Shown here piece after piece: positions 1 to 10,056 of a stretch of 64,000 nucleotides of DNA. Location: NCBI GenBank assembly GCA_963734495.1, contig CAVTHK010000007.1, positions 192,001-256,000 of the forward strand. The letters run 5' to 3'. Made by a program: the position numbers and the translations under genes. The number at the start of each line of letters is the position of its first letter. Within the stretch, counting starts at the first letter, position 1. Source of the DNA: an uncultured Spirochaetota bacterium (GTDB taxonomy: Bacteria > Spirochaetota > Spirochaetia > SZUA-6 > CAVTHK01). The notes under the pieces are model-generated. The model did not search any database. It was not told where the DNA came from and worked only from the letters and a program-made list of their open reading frames with translations.

Positions 1-234
1 GCGCACTTCCTTGTGCGCCTTGTGGCCCCACCAGAGCAGAACGTCGGTCGAGTCGACGACGGCGCGGGAGAGCCCGTGCTCCGGATCGTCGAGGGTCGCA
101 GTGCGGAGCTCCATGCCGCCCTGCGCCGCGAGCCCCTTGGCAATCGCGCTGTGGATCCCTTCGGGGTAGACCGCGCGGACCTCCTGGCTCTCCTTCTCGT
201 GACGGAATTCGTTCCAGACTGTCACCTTGATCAT
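1..234 (-). CDS. ThuA-like (trehalose utilization) protein, runs off the window edge
   Basis: Not in the ORF track. Manual translation gives MIKVTVWNEFRHEKESQEVRAVYPEGIHSAIA...ATLDDPEHGL...DVLLWWGHKAH, a typical ThuA N-terminus; GGAGG SD upstream. Confidence 0.85.
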   Translation of the reverse strand, partial: MIKVTVWNEFRHEKESQEVRAVYPEGIHSAIAKGLAAQGGMELRTATLDDPEHGLSRAVVDSTDVLLWWGHKAHKEVR

Positions 235-354
235 GTCGCCTCCGTCGTCGCAATCATCCGCCGCCTGCGCCGTCGTCGGCGGCCGCGCCCAACGATAGGC
301 GCCCGATCGGGAGACTGTCAATCGACGCCGCCGGCCATCACGGGCGCGGCGAGC

Positions 355-1782
355 TCACCGCACGCTGAAACGGATCACGTGCCGGAGCCCGGGGCCGCGG
401 GAGGTCTCGTAGGTGCCGTCGAGCTGGTTCTCGACGAGCCCCGCCACGAGCTGCAGCCCGAGCCCGCCGCCCGAGACCATCTCCGCGGGCAGGCCCGGAC
501 CGTCGTCGGACACGGAAAGCTCGACGATGCCCGACCCGGCAATGCGGGCAGCAACGCGCACCCGGGCCCTGCCGCCCGCAGGGGCCGCGAACCGCACTGC
601 GTTCGAGATCAGCTCGTTAAGGATCAGACCGCAGGGAACGGCCAGCGCAGTCGACAGCTCCACCGGCTCCAGGTCCGTCACGATCTCCGCGCGGTCGCGC
701 CCATAGAGCTCCAGCAGCATCTCGATCAGGCTGGCAAGGTAGGTGGCGAGGTCGATAGTGGCCAGGCTCTCCGCCTTGTACAGCGCGTCGTGCACGAGCG
801 TCATGGCGCCGATCCGGCTCTCGCTGGCCTTGACTGCCTCGGCGAACCGGGGATCCCCGGAAAGCCTGGCCTGCAGATTCAGGAGGCTCGAGACGAGCTG
901 CATGTTGTTCTTGACGCGGTGATAGGCCTCGCGAAGCAGTATGTCCTTCTCCCGCAGCGAAGCGAGCAGCCGGTCTTCGGCTTCCCGCCGGACCGTGATG
1001 TCGTCCAGGATGGCCACCAGGGCCGCTTCTTCTTCGTCCTCCACATGCAGGACGTCCATGGTCAGTCGCCGGCCGCGCACGTAGAGAGGGTCCCGCCGGG
1101 TGAGAGCGAGCGCCTCTCCAGGCGCCGCTTGCAGCAGCGCCTCGACCTCCGACCTCGCCTCTCCCGCAAACAGGCGGGGAAAGCTCGTCGCCAGCAGCGA
1201 TGCCTCCGGCGCGCCGAACAGCCGCTCCGCCGCCGGGTTCGCCGAGACGATCCTCCCGTCCGGAGCCATCTCGACCACGCCTTCGCTCAGTGCCGTCAGG
1301 ATGGCGCGGCGGTGCCTGGCCGACCTCAGCAGCTCGGACGAGATCTCGCGGCGGTAGACGCCCTCCAGGCCCAGGATGCCGTGCGGGCGGACGCCTGCCG
1401 CGAGACCCGCCAGCACCGACAGCACGTACTGCCGCATCGCGGGGAGGGGGCCCTTCGCGATGCACGCATCGGCGTCGGCGACTTCGGCCTCCTCGCCCTC
1501 CTCGGCGGCCACGGCCGACAGGATCACGACGCAGCAGTGCGAGAGGGCCGGGCGCCTGCGGATGATGCCGGCGAGCTGCCGCCCGTCGATGTAGGGCATG
1601 ACGAGGTCGAGAAATATGACGTCGGGGACGAACGCTTCGAGGCGCGAAAGGGCCTCCAGACCGTTTTCCGCCGTCACGACCTCGCATCCCTCGGGCTCCA
1701 GCACCTTCCGCATGAAGTCGAGGATCATCGGGTGGTTGTCGACGACGAGGACTTTCGTTGGCACCGCAGCCCCTCCGCTCAC
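355..1782 (-). CDS. Hybrid sensor kinase: receiver + PAS + HisKA_2 + HATPase
   Basis: VLVVDNH...FLDLVMP receiver, PAS (NPAAERLFG), HRVKNNMQ H-box, NELISNA, DDGPG and GLGL boxes. The true start may be GTG at about 1764, after GGAGG. Confidence 0.9.
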   Translation of the reverse strand: MSGGAAVPTKVLVVDNHPMILDFMRKVLEPEGCEVVTAENGLEALSRLEAFVPDVIFLDLVMPYIDGRQLAGIIRRRPALSHCCVVILSAVAAEEGEEAEVADADACIAKGPLPAMRQYVLSVLAGLAAGVRPHGILGLEGVYRREISSELLRSARHRRAILTALSEGVVEMAPDGRIVSANPAAERLFGAPEASLLATSFPRLFAGEARSEVEALLQAAPGEALALTRRDPLYVRGRRLTMDVLHVEDEEEAALVAILDDITVRREAEDRLLASLREKDILLREAYHRVKNNMQLVSSLLNLQARLSGDPRFAEAVKASESRIGAMTLVHDALYKAESLATIDLATYLASLIEMLLELYGRDRAEIVTDLEPVELSTALAVPCGLILNELISNAVRFAAPAGGRARVRVAARIAGSGIVELSVSDDGPGLPAEMVSGGGLGLQLVAGLVENQLDGTYETSRGPGLRHVIRFSVR

Positions 1783-1870
1783 AACTGTTCCCTATTATCG
1801 GCGGATGCGGGCGCGGGCTTCGACCGTACGGCGGCGCGCCGGGCCGCTACCGGCTGCAGGGATGACCCGA

Positions 1871-2257
1871 TCAGGCCGGCGGCAGCTCCTCCATCAACGT
1901 CGCCCGCACAGCGCCGAGGAATTGCTGCGCTCCGAACGGCTTCGACAGGGCATGGTGCACGCCCTCCTGCCTGAGAGCCCGCCGGAGCTCGACCGAGTCC
2001 GCCCCGAGGTATCCCGAAATCGCGATGATCGCCAGGTTCGGGCGAAGCCGTCGACAGGCCTTCACGACATCCAGACCCGACACTCCGCCGAGGCTGATGT
2101 CGACGACCATGAGTGCCAGAGGGAACTCATCCTGGAGAGTGTTCATCGCCTCGTGTCCGTTGGCCGCCGTCACCACCTGATGGCCCGCAGACTCGAGCAG
2201 GCTCCCGACGAGCTGGCGGATGACAACCTCGTCATCCACCACGAGACTTCGCAACAT
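1871..2257 (-). CDS. Single-domain response regulator (CheY-like receiver)
   Basis: MLRSLVVDDE...VVDISLGGVSG...ISG...SKPF. Start reassigned to ATG 2257, 7 nt after a TATAAT box. Confidence 0.85.
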   Translation of the reverse strand: MLRSLVVDDEVVIRQLVGSLLESAGHQVVTAANGHEAMNTLQDEFPLALMVVDISLGGVSGLDVVKACRRLRPNLAIIAISGYLGADSVELRRALRQEGVHHALSKPFGAQQFLGAVRATLMEELPPA

Positions 2258-2264
2258 ATTCCCT

Positions 2265-2293
2265 ATTATAGACTTCGTGGAGATTCCAAACAA
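2265..2293 (-). promoter_or_regulatory. sigma70 promoter TTGTTT-17-TATAAT for the receiver gene
   Basis: Read directly on the minus strand; ATG follows 7 nt after the -10 box. Confidence 0.65.
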
Positions 2294-2344
2294 TCGCATT
2301 CGCAGGCTCGAGCCGGGTACGTCAGGTATGAAGACAGGGGCCAG

Positions 2345-2428
2345 ATGATGCGGATCGCGGGCATCATGATCGGTATAGCCCTTCTCTCCGCGCTTCCAGT
2401 CTTCATCGGGGTGGCGTCCCGTCGATGA
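2345..2428 (+). CDS. Putative small hydrophobic peptide (may extend to about 2494 if frameshifted)
   Basis: MMRIAGIMIGIALLSALPVFIGVASRR with a purine-rich SD-like tract upstream, followed by a terminator. Confidence 0.35.
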   Translation: MMRIAGIMIGIALLSALPVFIGVASRR

Positions 2429-2494
2429 GTACAATGCGCATCTCGCAGCGCGCCTCGGGCTGAGCGGCCGATGATGCCCGTGCTCGGGCAATAG

Positions 2495-2536
2495 AAAAGG
2501 CCGATGAGCTAATTGGTTGTCTCATCGGCCTTTATT
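2495..2536. terminator. Bidirectional intrinsic terminator downstream of tRNA-Val
   Basis: Inverted repeat AAAGGCCGATGAG / CTCATCGGCCTTT with A/T tracts on both sides. Confidence 0.8.
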
Positions 2537-2538
2537 CC

Positions 2539-2612
2539 TGGGCGGCACTGGACTCGAACCAGCGACCCCTAGCTTGTCGAGCTAGTGCTCTAACCAGCTG
2601 AGCTAGCCGCCC
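2539..2612 (-). tRNA. tRNA-Val(GAC)
   Basis: GGGCGGCTAGCTCAGCTGGTTAGAGCACTAGCTC-GAC-AAGCTAGGGGTCGCTGGTTCGAGTCCAGTGCCGCCCA forms a full cloverleaf; CCA not encoded; TTGACA promoter upstream. Confidence 0.96.
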
Positions 2613-2716
2613 GGCGCGCGCCGATACTAATATCGGAGGCACGCGCTTGTCAACGCGCGCAACGCGGTTTCGCAGCGCCGGCCCTTGCCGGGCCGATTCC
2701 GCGGCCTGACAATAGG

Positions 2717-3431
2717 ATGGGAACGTCGCCCATGGTCTGTCTCGTCGTCGAACACTCGCCCGAAGTCCGCGAAGGTCTCTGCCTTCTGCTCCTCGAGTTC
2801 GGCATCCTCGGTGTGCCGGCAGCCGACAGGTCGGAAGCGGAGTCAATAATGAAGGCACGCTCGGACGTCAAGACCGCGATCGTGGACGTCGACAACCGCG
2901 GCGTGGACGCGGCGCGGCTGCTCGCCGAGCTGCGCCGCCGCGGGGTCAGGGCCATCGCGCACTCGGTCAAGCGCGAGCAGGACCAGCACGCTCCGCTCGC
3001 TCGTCGACGGAGTGCTGCTCAAGCCGTTCGACGAGGTTCAGACGGGAGCGGCCTTCAGGGGGCTCCTGGGGAAGCCGGCCTTCGCTTCAGGCGAAAAGCG
3101 GCAACACATGCGGGTGGCCCCCGAGCCTTCGGAGCTCCTGCGGGCGAGCTTCCGCATCACCGCCAGCTCGCGGCTCTACAGCGGGAGGGTGCGAAACATC
3201 AGCGTCGGGGGCGCCGCGATCGAAATCTATAGGGCCCCCCCGGACGCGGCGATCGGCGCGGGATGGCGCATTCCGCGGCTCGAGTTCAACCTCGGCGCCA
3301 CGCCCCTCGCGCCCGCGGCAGTGGTCATCCTCTACCGGCGAAGGCTGATCGCCGTGCGCTTCGAGAGCATGGGCCGCGGCGACCGCAACGCTCTGGCCCG
3401 CTACGTGTACGACAAACTGACCGCGACCTGA
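2717..3431 (+). CDS. Receiver + PilZ domain protein (frameshift near 3000)
   Basis: REC-like N-terminus (LVVEHS, IVDVD, LLKPF) joined across frames to PilZ motifs KRQHMR and NISVGG. Confidence 0.8.
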
Positions 3432-3463
3432 CGGCGCGGTACACTTGCATCGGGAGGTCTCGC

Positions 3464-4615
3464 ATGCGTCTGTTCCGCGGAACGCACTGGGTGTGTCTGC
3501 TCGGCCTGGCGTCGGCCCTGCGGGCAGCGGCCGCCGGCGTGGAAGTGCCCTCGCTGGAGCTCTATACGCGGGGCACCGCCGACTCGGGGACCGTCGTACT
3601 GCAGACGGAAGGCGAGATGGACCTCGCCATCAGCGGCGGCGTCAAGTTCGGCGGCGACATCACGCTCGGGTTCACCTCTCAGAATCTCGAGCAGGAGGTC
3701 CCCGAGCGCCTGTTCCTCGGGGGGAGCACCGGGATCGGGCTCACCTTCAGGTCCGCCAGCGTCACTATCCGGGACATCTTCTCGAGTCCCGTCGCGTTCA
3801 CCTATTTCGTCGGGGAGGGCGACGAGCTGGGGTCCGGAACGGCGTTCAGCGACGTGTTCGGCAGTGCGCCCGTCGCGACACAGTACCGCGGATTCCTCTA
3901 CTTCCCCGACTCGTGGCGGCGCTACGACAGCATCCACGCCGTGGCCGGCACCGGAATGAAGCTGGCGCTGCGGCCGGCCGGCAGCAGGTACTATCTCGCG
4001 CTCTACGCGTACCAGGACGGCTACTTCTACGACACCATCGCGCCCGGCACGATCGAGTTCGAGCCCGGCCGCTACTCCGTGGACATCCACTCCCTGGCGA
4101 ACTTCGGGAAGGTCAAGCTCGAGGCGTTCCTCGGTGCCACCGCGCCGGTGTCGGACTACGGCTACTACCGGGGCGGCGTCCTCTTCCACGCCGCCGACAA
4201 GGGCGGTGAGTTCCTCGCGGAGGCGGGCGTGCCGCAGTGGGACCCCGCCCACTTCTCGGGCGGGCTCGACCTCTTCTTCATTCTCTTCGAGGCGCGCATC
4301 TACCTCGGGCTCGTGAGCCTCGTGCCGACCGTATTCCTTCACCCTGGCTATTATCTGCAGAACCCCACGAACGAGGCGGGCCTCGTGGACTTCAACGTGA
4401 GCCTGCGCGTGGGCGATCGCTCGGGCTCGCTGGTGAGCGGAGGGCTGGAATCCAACATCGCCTTCAAGAAGGAGGATCTCCAGGACCTGGAGATCAAGCT
4501 CGCGCCGTTCCTCAGCGCGGCCACCGCGGGTGCTGTCTGGCAGCTCAAGGTGAACGTGCAGGTGTTCCCCTCGATGGATTTCGAGGCATTCGTCGGCGTC
4601 AAGGCGGAGTTCTAG
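3464..4615 (+). CDS. Exported protein, probable outer-membrane beta-barrel
   Basis: Signal peptide, alternating aromatic/hydrophobic strands, C-terminal VGVKAEF; GGAGG SD. Confidence 0.65.
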   Translation: MRLFRGTHWVCLLGLASALRAAAAGVEVPSLELYTRGTADSGTVVLQTEGEMDLAISGGVKFGGDITLGFTSQNLEQEVPERLFLGGSTGIGLTFRSASVTIRDIFSSPVAFTYFVGEGDELGSGTAFSDVFGSAPVATQYRGFLYFPDSWRRYDSIHAVAGTGMKLALRPAGSRYYLALYAYQDGYFYDTIAPGTIEFEPGRYSVDIHSLANFGKVKLEAFLGATAPVSDYGYYRGGVLFHAADKGGEFLAEAGVPQWDPAHFSGGLDLFFILFEARIYLGLVSLVPTVFLHPGYYLQNPTNEAGLVDFNVSLRVGDRSGSLVSGGLESNIAFKKEDLQDLEIKLAPFLSAATAGAVWQLKVNVQVFPSMDFEAFVGVKAEF

Positions 4616-4617
4616 GA

Positions 4618-5514
4618 ATGACAGCTCGATCTTTGTGCGCGCTGCTCGCCGTCGCAATCGCGATGCCGGCAGCCGGGGCCCTCGAAGTGACCGCGACGTA
4701 CCGCATCGAGAACCTCGCGTTCAAGAGCGACCGCGAGGCGACCGACACCTCGTTCTCGGGGAACAAGTTCCCCATGGGGTTCTCGCTCGGGATCACGGAC
4801 ACGACCCGGCAGGACCTCTCGGTCGAGGCGGTGTACATGTACGACGAGGTGCTGCGCAACATCCTCACGGGGCTGGTGACTTATCACGGTAACATGTTCA
4901 GCTTCGGCGTCGGGCCCTTTGTGGGCTTCCTGAACACAGACCAGCCCTGGCCCAAGGTGGGCGTGGCCTCGTTCTTCAAGGTCGAGTGGCCGGGCGCCGT
5001 CTTCGTGCAGCTCTGGCTCGACAACTCGACCGCCAACCGCCTCTCCAGCGAAGGCGACTACCTGCAGGAGAGGAACAACGTCTCGCTCGGCTTCTATGTT
5101 CCCAACGCGATCTGCTCGCTCAATCTCCTGAACCGGCGATTCGCCGAGCAGACGGCGACCGCCGAGGTGACCGACACGCTGACGGAGTACTCGTTCGTCG
5201 CCGATATCTTTCACAAGAACGTCCCGTTCAAGACCGTCCTGACCTTCGGCCTGCAGAGGCTGTCGCGCGAATGGGACGAGGCGGCGGGCACGAAGACCAC
5301 GCAGACGCTCTACTCGTGCATTCTCGGCACGCGGTTCGACATGCACCTGTCGCGGTCCGTGGCGATGATGATCGACCTCGACAGCAGCATCTACACCTTC
5401 GGGGAGGACGACCTGCTCGGCATCTCCAACCCCGGGACCTACCTCTTCAGGGCAGTCGCCGGCGTGACCGTCGACGTGAGCGGCCTCCTCGCCCCCGCCG
5501 CCTCCCCCCGGTAG
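4618..5514 (+). CDS. Exported beta-rich protein, possible outer-membrane protein
   Basis: ATG 2 nt after the upstream stop; signal peptide MTARSLCALLAVAIAMPAAGA; beta-strand-like composition. Confidence 0.65.
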   Translation: MTARSLCALLAVAIAMPAAGALEVTATYRIENLAFKSDREATDTSFSGNKFPMGFSLGITDTTRQDLSVEAVYMYDEVLRNILTGLVTYHGNMFSFGVGPFVGFLNTDQPWPKVGVASFFKVEWPGAVFVQLWLDNSTANRLSSEGDYLQERNNVSLGFYVPNAICSLNLLNRRFAEQTATAEVTDTLTEYSFVADIFHKNVPFKTVLTFGLQRLSREWDEAAGTKTTQTLYSCILGTRFDMHLSRSVAMMIDLDSSIYTFGEDDLLGISNPGTYLFRAVAGVTVDVSGLLAPAASPR

Positions 5515-5532
5515 GCGGGCCCGGCCGCGGGC

Positions 5533-5564
5533 AAAAAGAAAGGGCCCCTCGCTGGAGGGGCCCT
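5533..5564 (-). terminator. flaA intrinsic terminator
   Basis: 10-bp stem AGGGCCCCTC/GAGGGGCCCT followed by TTCTTTTT on the minus strand. Confidence 0.8.
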
Positions 5565-5592
5565 CTTCGTTATCGGCTGATACCGCCGCGTG

Positions 5593-6666
5593 TCACTTGG
5601 CGGGGGTCGTGGGAGCCGTCTCCCCGGACCGCAGGATCGTCTTGTCCTGCTTCTGCTGCTCGAGGAAGCGCAGCACCTGCACGTTGCCGAGCCGCTTGGC
5701 TTCGGCCTTTTTGCGCGCCTCCTCGCGATCGGCGAGAATCCCCCAGGCGGCTTCGTCGTCGATGTCGCGCGTCGGCGTGATGACGGCCTTGTCGTAGGTG
5801 ACCTCGACGTCCTTGAAGTAGGTCACGAAGTCGCCGCCGAGCGTCGCCCCGTCACGGTACAGGATGATCCCCATGAACTTGACGTAGGGATCGGCCTGCG
5901 GGTAGAGGGGCAGGAGCCTCAGCTCCCGGTTGCGCACGTCCCAGACGTAGTTGGGGTTCTGCCAGACGATGTCCTTCCAGCCGTCGAAATTCAGGTAGCC
6001 TATGAAGATGTCGTTGATGTTGCCGCTCTGGTCCTTGAGCCGGATCGCGAACCCGTGCGGGTAGTTCGAGCCGTAGGCGCGGACCTTGATCTGCTTGATC
6101 GGGCCGACGTTCTTGAGCACGCCCTTGCCCTCGTACTTGTCGTTGCCGGTTACGTAGGCCGCATCGCCCTTTTTCGCGTTGCTCTTCTGGTTGAGGGCCG
6201 CGATTTCCGCGGCGGAGAGATCCTGCACCTGCGGCTTCGCGTTGGCCACGTACTTGGTGGGCGTGGCATACGCCGGGATCTCGAAGGGCGGCTTGATGAG
6301 GGCGTAGGAGTTGAAGGCGCCCTCGGGGAACTTGATGCGGGCCCCGAGCACGACGCCGAACTGCGTGCTCTTCACGGGCTGAGTCATGGTGAACGCCATG
6401 GTGCTCGACGTGCGCGAAGAAGAAGCGAGCTCGACGTCCCAGTCGCCGATGGCGAGCGAAGACAGCATCAAGGCCTTCTCTTCGGCCGTATAGCTCGCGC
6501 CGGCCTCTGAGCTGAAGTCCAACAGCGTCGACTGGTCCTCCAGCCTCCCGCCGACCGTGAGGTCGCCCCCGAGGGCGGAAAAATCGATCAGCGTCTGGGT
6601 GTCTGCGAACGCAAACGCTCCGCAGAGCAGGAGGACAAGCACTATCCCAAACCGCCAGCTCTTCAT
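5593..6666 (-). CDS. flaA: Flagellar filament outer layer (sheath) protein FlaA
   Basis: Signal peptide; W-x-V-x-LASSSR, IKPPFEIPAY, GVLKNVG-x-IK, GYLNFDGW and NPNY motifs of spirochaete FlaA. Confidence 0.93.
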   Translation of the reverse strand: MKSWRFGIVLVLLLCGAFAFADTQTLIDFSALGGDLTVGGRLEDQSTLLDFSSEAGASYTAEEKALMLSSLAIGDWDVELASSSRTSSTMAFTMTQPVKSTQFGVVLGARIKFPEGAFNSYALIKPPFEIPAYATPTKYVANAKPQVQDLSAAEIAALNQKSNAKKGDAAYVTGNDKYEGKGVLKNVGPIKQIKVRAYGSNYPHGFAIRLKDQSGNINDIFIGYLNFDGWKDIVWQNPNYVWDVRNRELRLLPLYPQADPYVKFMGIILYRDGATLGGDFVTYFKDVEVTYDKAVITPTRDIDDEAAWGILADREEARKKAEAKRLGNVQVLRFLEQQKQDKTILRSGETAPTTPAK

Positions 6667-6706
6667 GCACTGCTCCTTCCGCTATGTTATCTGAGTATCA
6701 GACAGA

Positions 6707-6734
6707 ATTATATCGTGGCCATTCGCTTTGTCAA
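6707..6734 (-). promoter_or_regulatory. Consensus sigma70 promoter of flaA (TTGACA-16-TATAAT)
   Basis: Read directly; AAGGAG SD at about 6673-6678. Confidence 0.8.
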
Positions 6735-6883
6735 ACGATTTTTGCTGATTTTGCACTGTCTTTCGTGACGCCGCGCGCATCGACGACAGAGTCGCCCGCG
6801 GGTGCTATGCCGCGCGCAACGAGAGCGAGGCCGCGCTCGAGGACGAGGCCGTCGCACGGCGGGAATGCAGCGGCGGATTCTGT

Positions 6884-7426
6884 CTACTGCCCGACGAGCT
6901 CCGATCGGGGGACTCCCGCGCCGAAATCGTACGCAGGGTTCCCGGTCGTGGGCGAAAAGTCCGGCGCCTGGCCGTCGATGAACACGAAGGCTTTTCGCAC
7001 GGCGGGGAAGTTGAAGTAGATCGTGTCCGCGATCGCCTGCACCTGAACCTCGGGAGGCACGACGGACCCCTCGGCGAGCAGGCCGGCGGTGAGGTTGACA
7101 TACACGGTGCTGCCCGCGGCGGCGACTCCGAGAAGCCGCGTCCCCGGGGCGGCGAGCGCCATGTTGTCGGGATCTTCGGGGCCGAGGAGCAGCTCCTCCA
7201 CGAGGCCGGCGACGCGCGCTTCCATGCCGCGGCGCGCCGGCACGAGCCTCTCCTCTCCCGCATAACGCACCTTCTGCGCCGGCGGGCGCCCCGTCAGCCG
7301 GGGGAAGAAGAAGGTGCGGCGCACGCGGTCGGGGGACACGAAGTACGCCGCGGCCGACACGAGAAGCGCCAGCAGCAGCACGCAGGCGGCCACGAACGAG
7401 GGGTGCCTGTAGGGTATCTCTCTCAC
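6884..7426 (-). CDS. GerMN domain membrane protein
   Basis: N-terminal TM helix, then EELLLGP...GTRLLGV...VYVNLT...FIDG; start overlaps the amidase stop. Confidence 0.8.
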   Translation of the reverse strand: MREIPYRHPSFVAACVLLLALLVSAAAYFVSPDRVRRTFFFPRLTGRPPAQKVRYAGEERLVPARRGMEARVAGLVEELLLGPEDPDNMALAAPGTRLLGVAAAGSTVYVNLTAGLLAEGSVVPPEVQVQAIADTIYFNFPAVRKAFVFIDGQAPDFSPTTGNPAYDFGAGVPRSELVGQ

Positions 7427-8505
7427 GGGGTCCTGGTGAATCCTTTCGACGACTCGAAACGCACGATGAAGCGCTCGATGCCATTATATATGCCGGTGGC
7501 GAGATGCAGCAAGTATTCCGGGTCGCGCAGCCTCGGGCCCTCTTCCGGATGAGTGATGAAGCCGAGCTCGATCAGGACGGCGGGCATCTTCGAGTTGCGC
7601 ACCACGAACCAGGACTCCGCCTTGAGCCCGCGGTTCTCGCTCACGTCGCCGACCTGCTCCTGGAGGCCCTGCGCGATGTCCCTCGCGAGGATCACGCTCT
7701 CGGTCAGGTACTCGGCCTCGAGCATGCTGCTGAGGATCGGCACGATCTCCTTGGACTCGGCGCCGGTCCTGTCGCTCAGGTCCCTCTTGAAGTCGGGGGG
7801 CAGGTACCAGACCTCGAACCCTTTCGGCCGGGGCACGAGCGCCGCGTTGACGTGAAGAGACACGAAGATGATCGCCTCGCCCTCGCGGACCGGCACCTCG
7901 TTCGCCTGCCGCGTCCGCTCTTCGAGCGACACGTACGTGTCGTCGGAGCGCGTGAGCTCGATCCGCTTGTCCGGGTACCTGCGGGCCAGCAGATCGCGGA
8001 GGTCGCGGCCGACCGCCAGCACGACGTCCTTCTCCTGGATCGAGAGCGTCTTGCCGTCGGCCGTGTGCCGGCCGATCGCGCCGGGGTCCTTGCCGCCATG
8101 GCCCGGGTCGAGCAGGATCGCGGCGACGCGCGGGCCCGCCTCCGCCGGCTGGTCGAGGTGCCTGCGCGCGATCGCCGCGGTCTCCGCCGGGAGCCTCACC
8201 GCGCCCTGCTCGCGGAAGGGAGCGGGCGCCTCCACGCGCGAGCTCTGGTCGAGGATCAGGAACGGCTGGCCGACCTTGAAGACCACCTCCCGGTCGCCGC
8301 GCGTGATGCGGCCGATTTCCCGCAGCGGCTCCCAGTCCATCTGCGCGCCCGCATCGCGCAGCCAGCCGACGAGGTCTACGGCAGCGGCCGCGGCGGGAGC
8401 CGGGGCCGCGGGAGGGGTCGCCGCGGGATCGGCGGCCGCAGGCACGGCCGCCGCGAGGCCCGCCACGAGCGCGAGCAGCAGCAGCGGAGCGCACAGCCGC
8501 CTCAC
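7423..8505 (-). CDS. N-acetylmuramoyl-L-alanine amidase (Amidase_3)
   Basis: LDPGHGGKDPGA, EKDVVL, SLHVNA, AVLIELGF; signal peptide from GTG 8505. Confidence 0.92.
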   Translation of the reverse strand: MRRLCAPLLLLALVAGLAAAVPAAADPAATPPAAPAPAAAAAVDLVGWLRDAGAQMDWEPLREIGRITRGDREVVFKVGQPFLILDQSSRVEAPAPFREQGAVRLPAETAAIARRHLDQPAEAGPRVAAILLDPGHGGKDPGAIGRHTADGKTLSIQEKDVVLAVGRDLRDLLARRYPDKRIELTRSDDTYVSLEERTRQANEVPVREGEAIIFVSLHVNAALVPRPKGFEVWYLPPDFKRDLSDRTGAESKEIVPILSSMLEAEYLTESVILARDIAQGLQEQVGDVSENRGLKAESWFVVRNSKMPAVLIELGFITHPEEGPRLRDPEYLLHLATGIYNGIERFIVRFESSKGFTRTP

Positions 8506-10056
8506 GGGCGGCCTCCCCCGGCCTTGCGGAAGGTCTCCACGGCCCAGACCCCGCCCTGCACGCCGCCCTTGAGCAGCGCGCGCCAGAAGCGCCCGCCGAG
8601 CAGCGGCCCGCCGCTCGCCCGCACGCGGACGCGTGCGAGCGCGAGCGCTCGCTCGGCCGCTTCGCCGAGCCCCGCGCCGTGCCAGTCGCGGCAGGTCTCC
8701 GCCGCGGCTTCGGGAAACGGCAGGATTCCGACGTCGCCGCCCCCGGCGACGACGTCCGGCATGCGCGCGAGCGCGGCGCGGCTCGCCTCGGCCGCGAGCG
8801 AGAAGGCGGCAAAACCCCCGCATTCGGCGAGAAAGGCACGGGTGAGGCGGTTTGCAGGCTCCAGGCGCACGAAGACGGCGGCCGCGGCCCGCTCTGCCGC
8901 TCCGACCGCGTCTTCGCGCGACTCCGCGCAGGTGATGACGTTGCCGCACTTCTGCACGTTGTTCACGGGCAGCCGCACCTCGTCGCCGGGCCGCACGAGA
9001 ACGAACAGGTCACGCACCTCCGACGGAGCCCTCGCTTCGTCGAGGCCCTCGACCGCGGCGACCCGGCCCGGGATCGAGACGAACGCGCGCTCGGCCGACA
9101 CGCGGTCGAACCGGGGCGAAAGGCCGTTCGGCGGCCTTCCCATGGCGATCTCCAGGGCGGCCTCGGTGACTTCGACGCCCGAGGCGTACGGGTAGGTCCA
9201 GCCCGACATGTATCCGCCCGAAAGGCGGGCGGCGATCTCGCCCACCATCGCGCCCTGCGGAGTCACCTTGATGTCGCCTTTGGCCGCGCCGTTGTCGATG
9301 CCCAGCGCCGCGATGCCGCGCGCGAAGACGTCCACCGCTTCGGTGAGCAGCCGTGAATCGAGGGCGCTCGGCATGGTGTGCCCCATCTCGACGAAGTACG
9401 GCGGGAACGTGATGTGGCGGTCCGCGATGCCGCAGATCGTCACCCTGCCCTCGTGCACGATCGCGTCGAGGCTGAGCTCGGGTCCGCTCATGTACTGCTC
9501 GACGATGACGCGCGAGGCGCGCGATGCGGCCGCCGCGGCGGCGAAGGCCGCGGGGAGGGCCGGCTCGGATTCGACCACGCGCACGCCCCTCGCCCCCATG
9601 TTGTCCACGGGCTTGACGACGAGCGGATAGCCGATCCGCCGCCCGGCCGCGATCGGATCGTCGCGGCCGCTGCAGCCCGACGAACGCCGGCTGCGGAACC
9701 CGGACCCGGGCCAGGGTCTCCCTCATCAGCTGCTTGTCGCTCGCGGCCCGGGCCACCTCGGGACGAAGCCCGGGAAGGCCACAACGCTCGGCGACCACGG
9801 CGACCGACAGGGAGAAATCGGTGCCGGCGGTGAACACCCCGTCGAGGTCGCCGTGCCTGCGGCGCTCGAGCGCCATCGCCGCGAGCGCCTCACGATCTAC
9901 CAGGTCTATGTGAAAGAAGGCATCTGCCAGGGGCCGGCCCAGGCAGGCGGCGTTGCCGTCGGCGAGCAGGACGCGCCACCCGCGCCTGCGCGCGATGTTG
10001 ATCGCGGGAAGCTGCATCCTCCCGCCCCCGAGGATCAGAATGGTCTCAAGCCTCAC
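8502..10056 (-). CDS. ATP-grasp ligase (frameshift near 9660)
   Basis: ILILGGG, DK-x-LMR, KPVDNMGARGV, VEQYMSGPELS, KGDIK, EIAARLSGG. Confidence 0.85.

Noticed and set aside
13..1974. Long antisense or alternative-frame ORFs (here and throughout, e.g. 20998-23028, 28066-30375, 58495-60603)
   Set aside because: These are shadow ORFs typical of high-GC DNA: Arg/Pro/Ala-rich and opposite well-supported genes.
2539..2612. Integrated element at tRNA-Val, or shared T-arm with tRNA-Lys as an att pair
   Set aside because: No displaced 3' fragment or integrase was seen. The shared GGTCGCTGGTTCGAGTCCAG is ordinary tRNA conservation.
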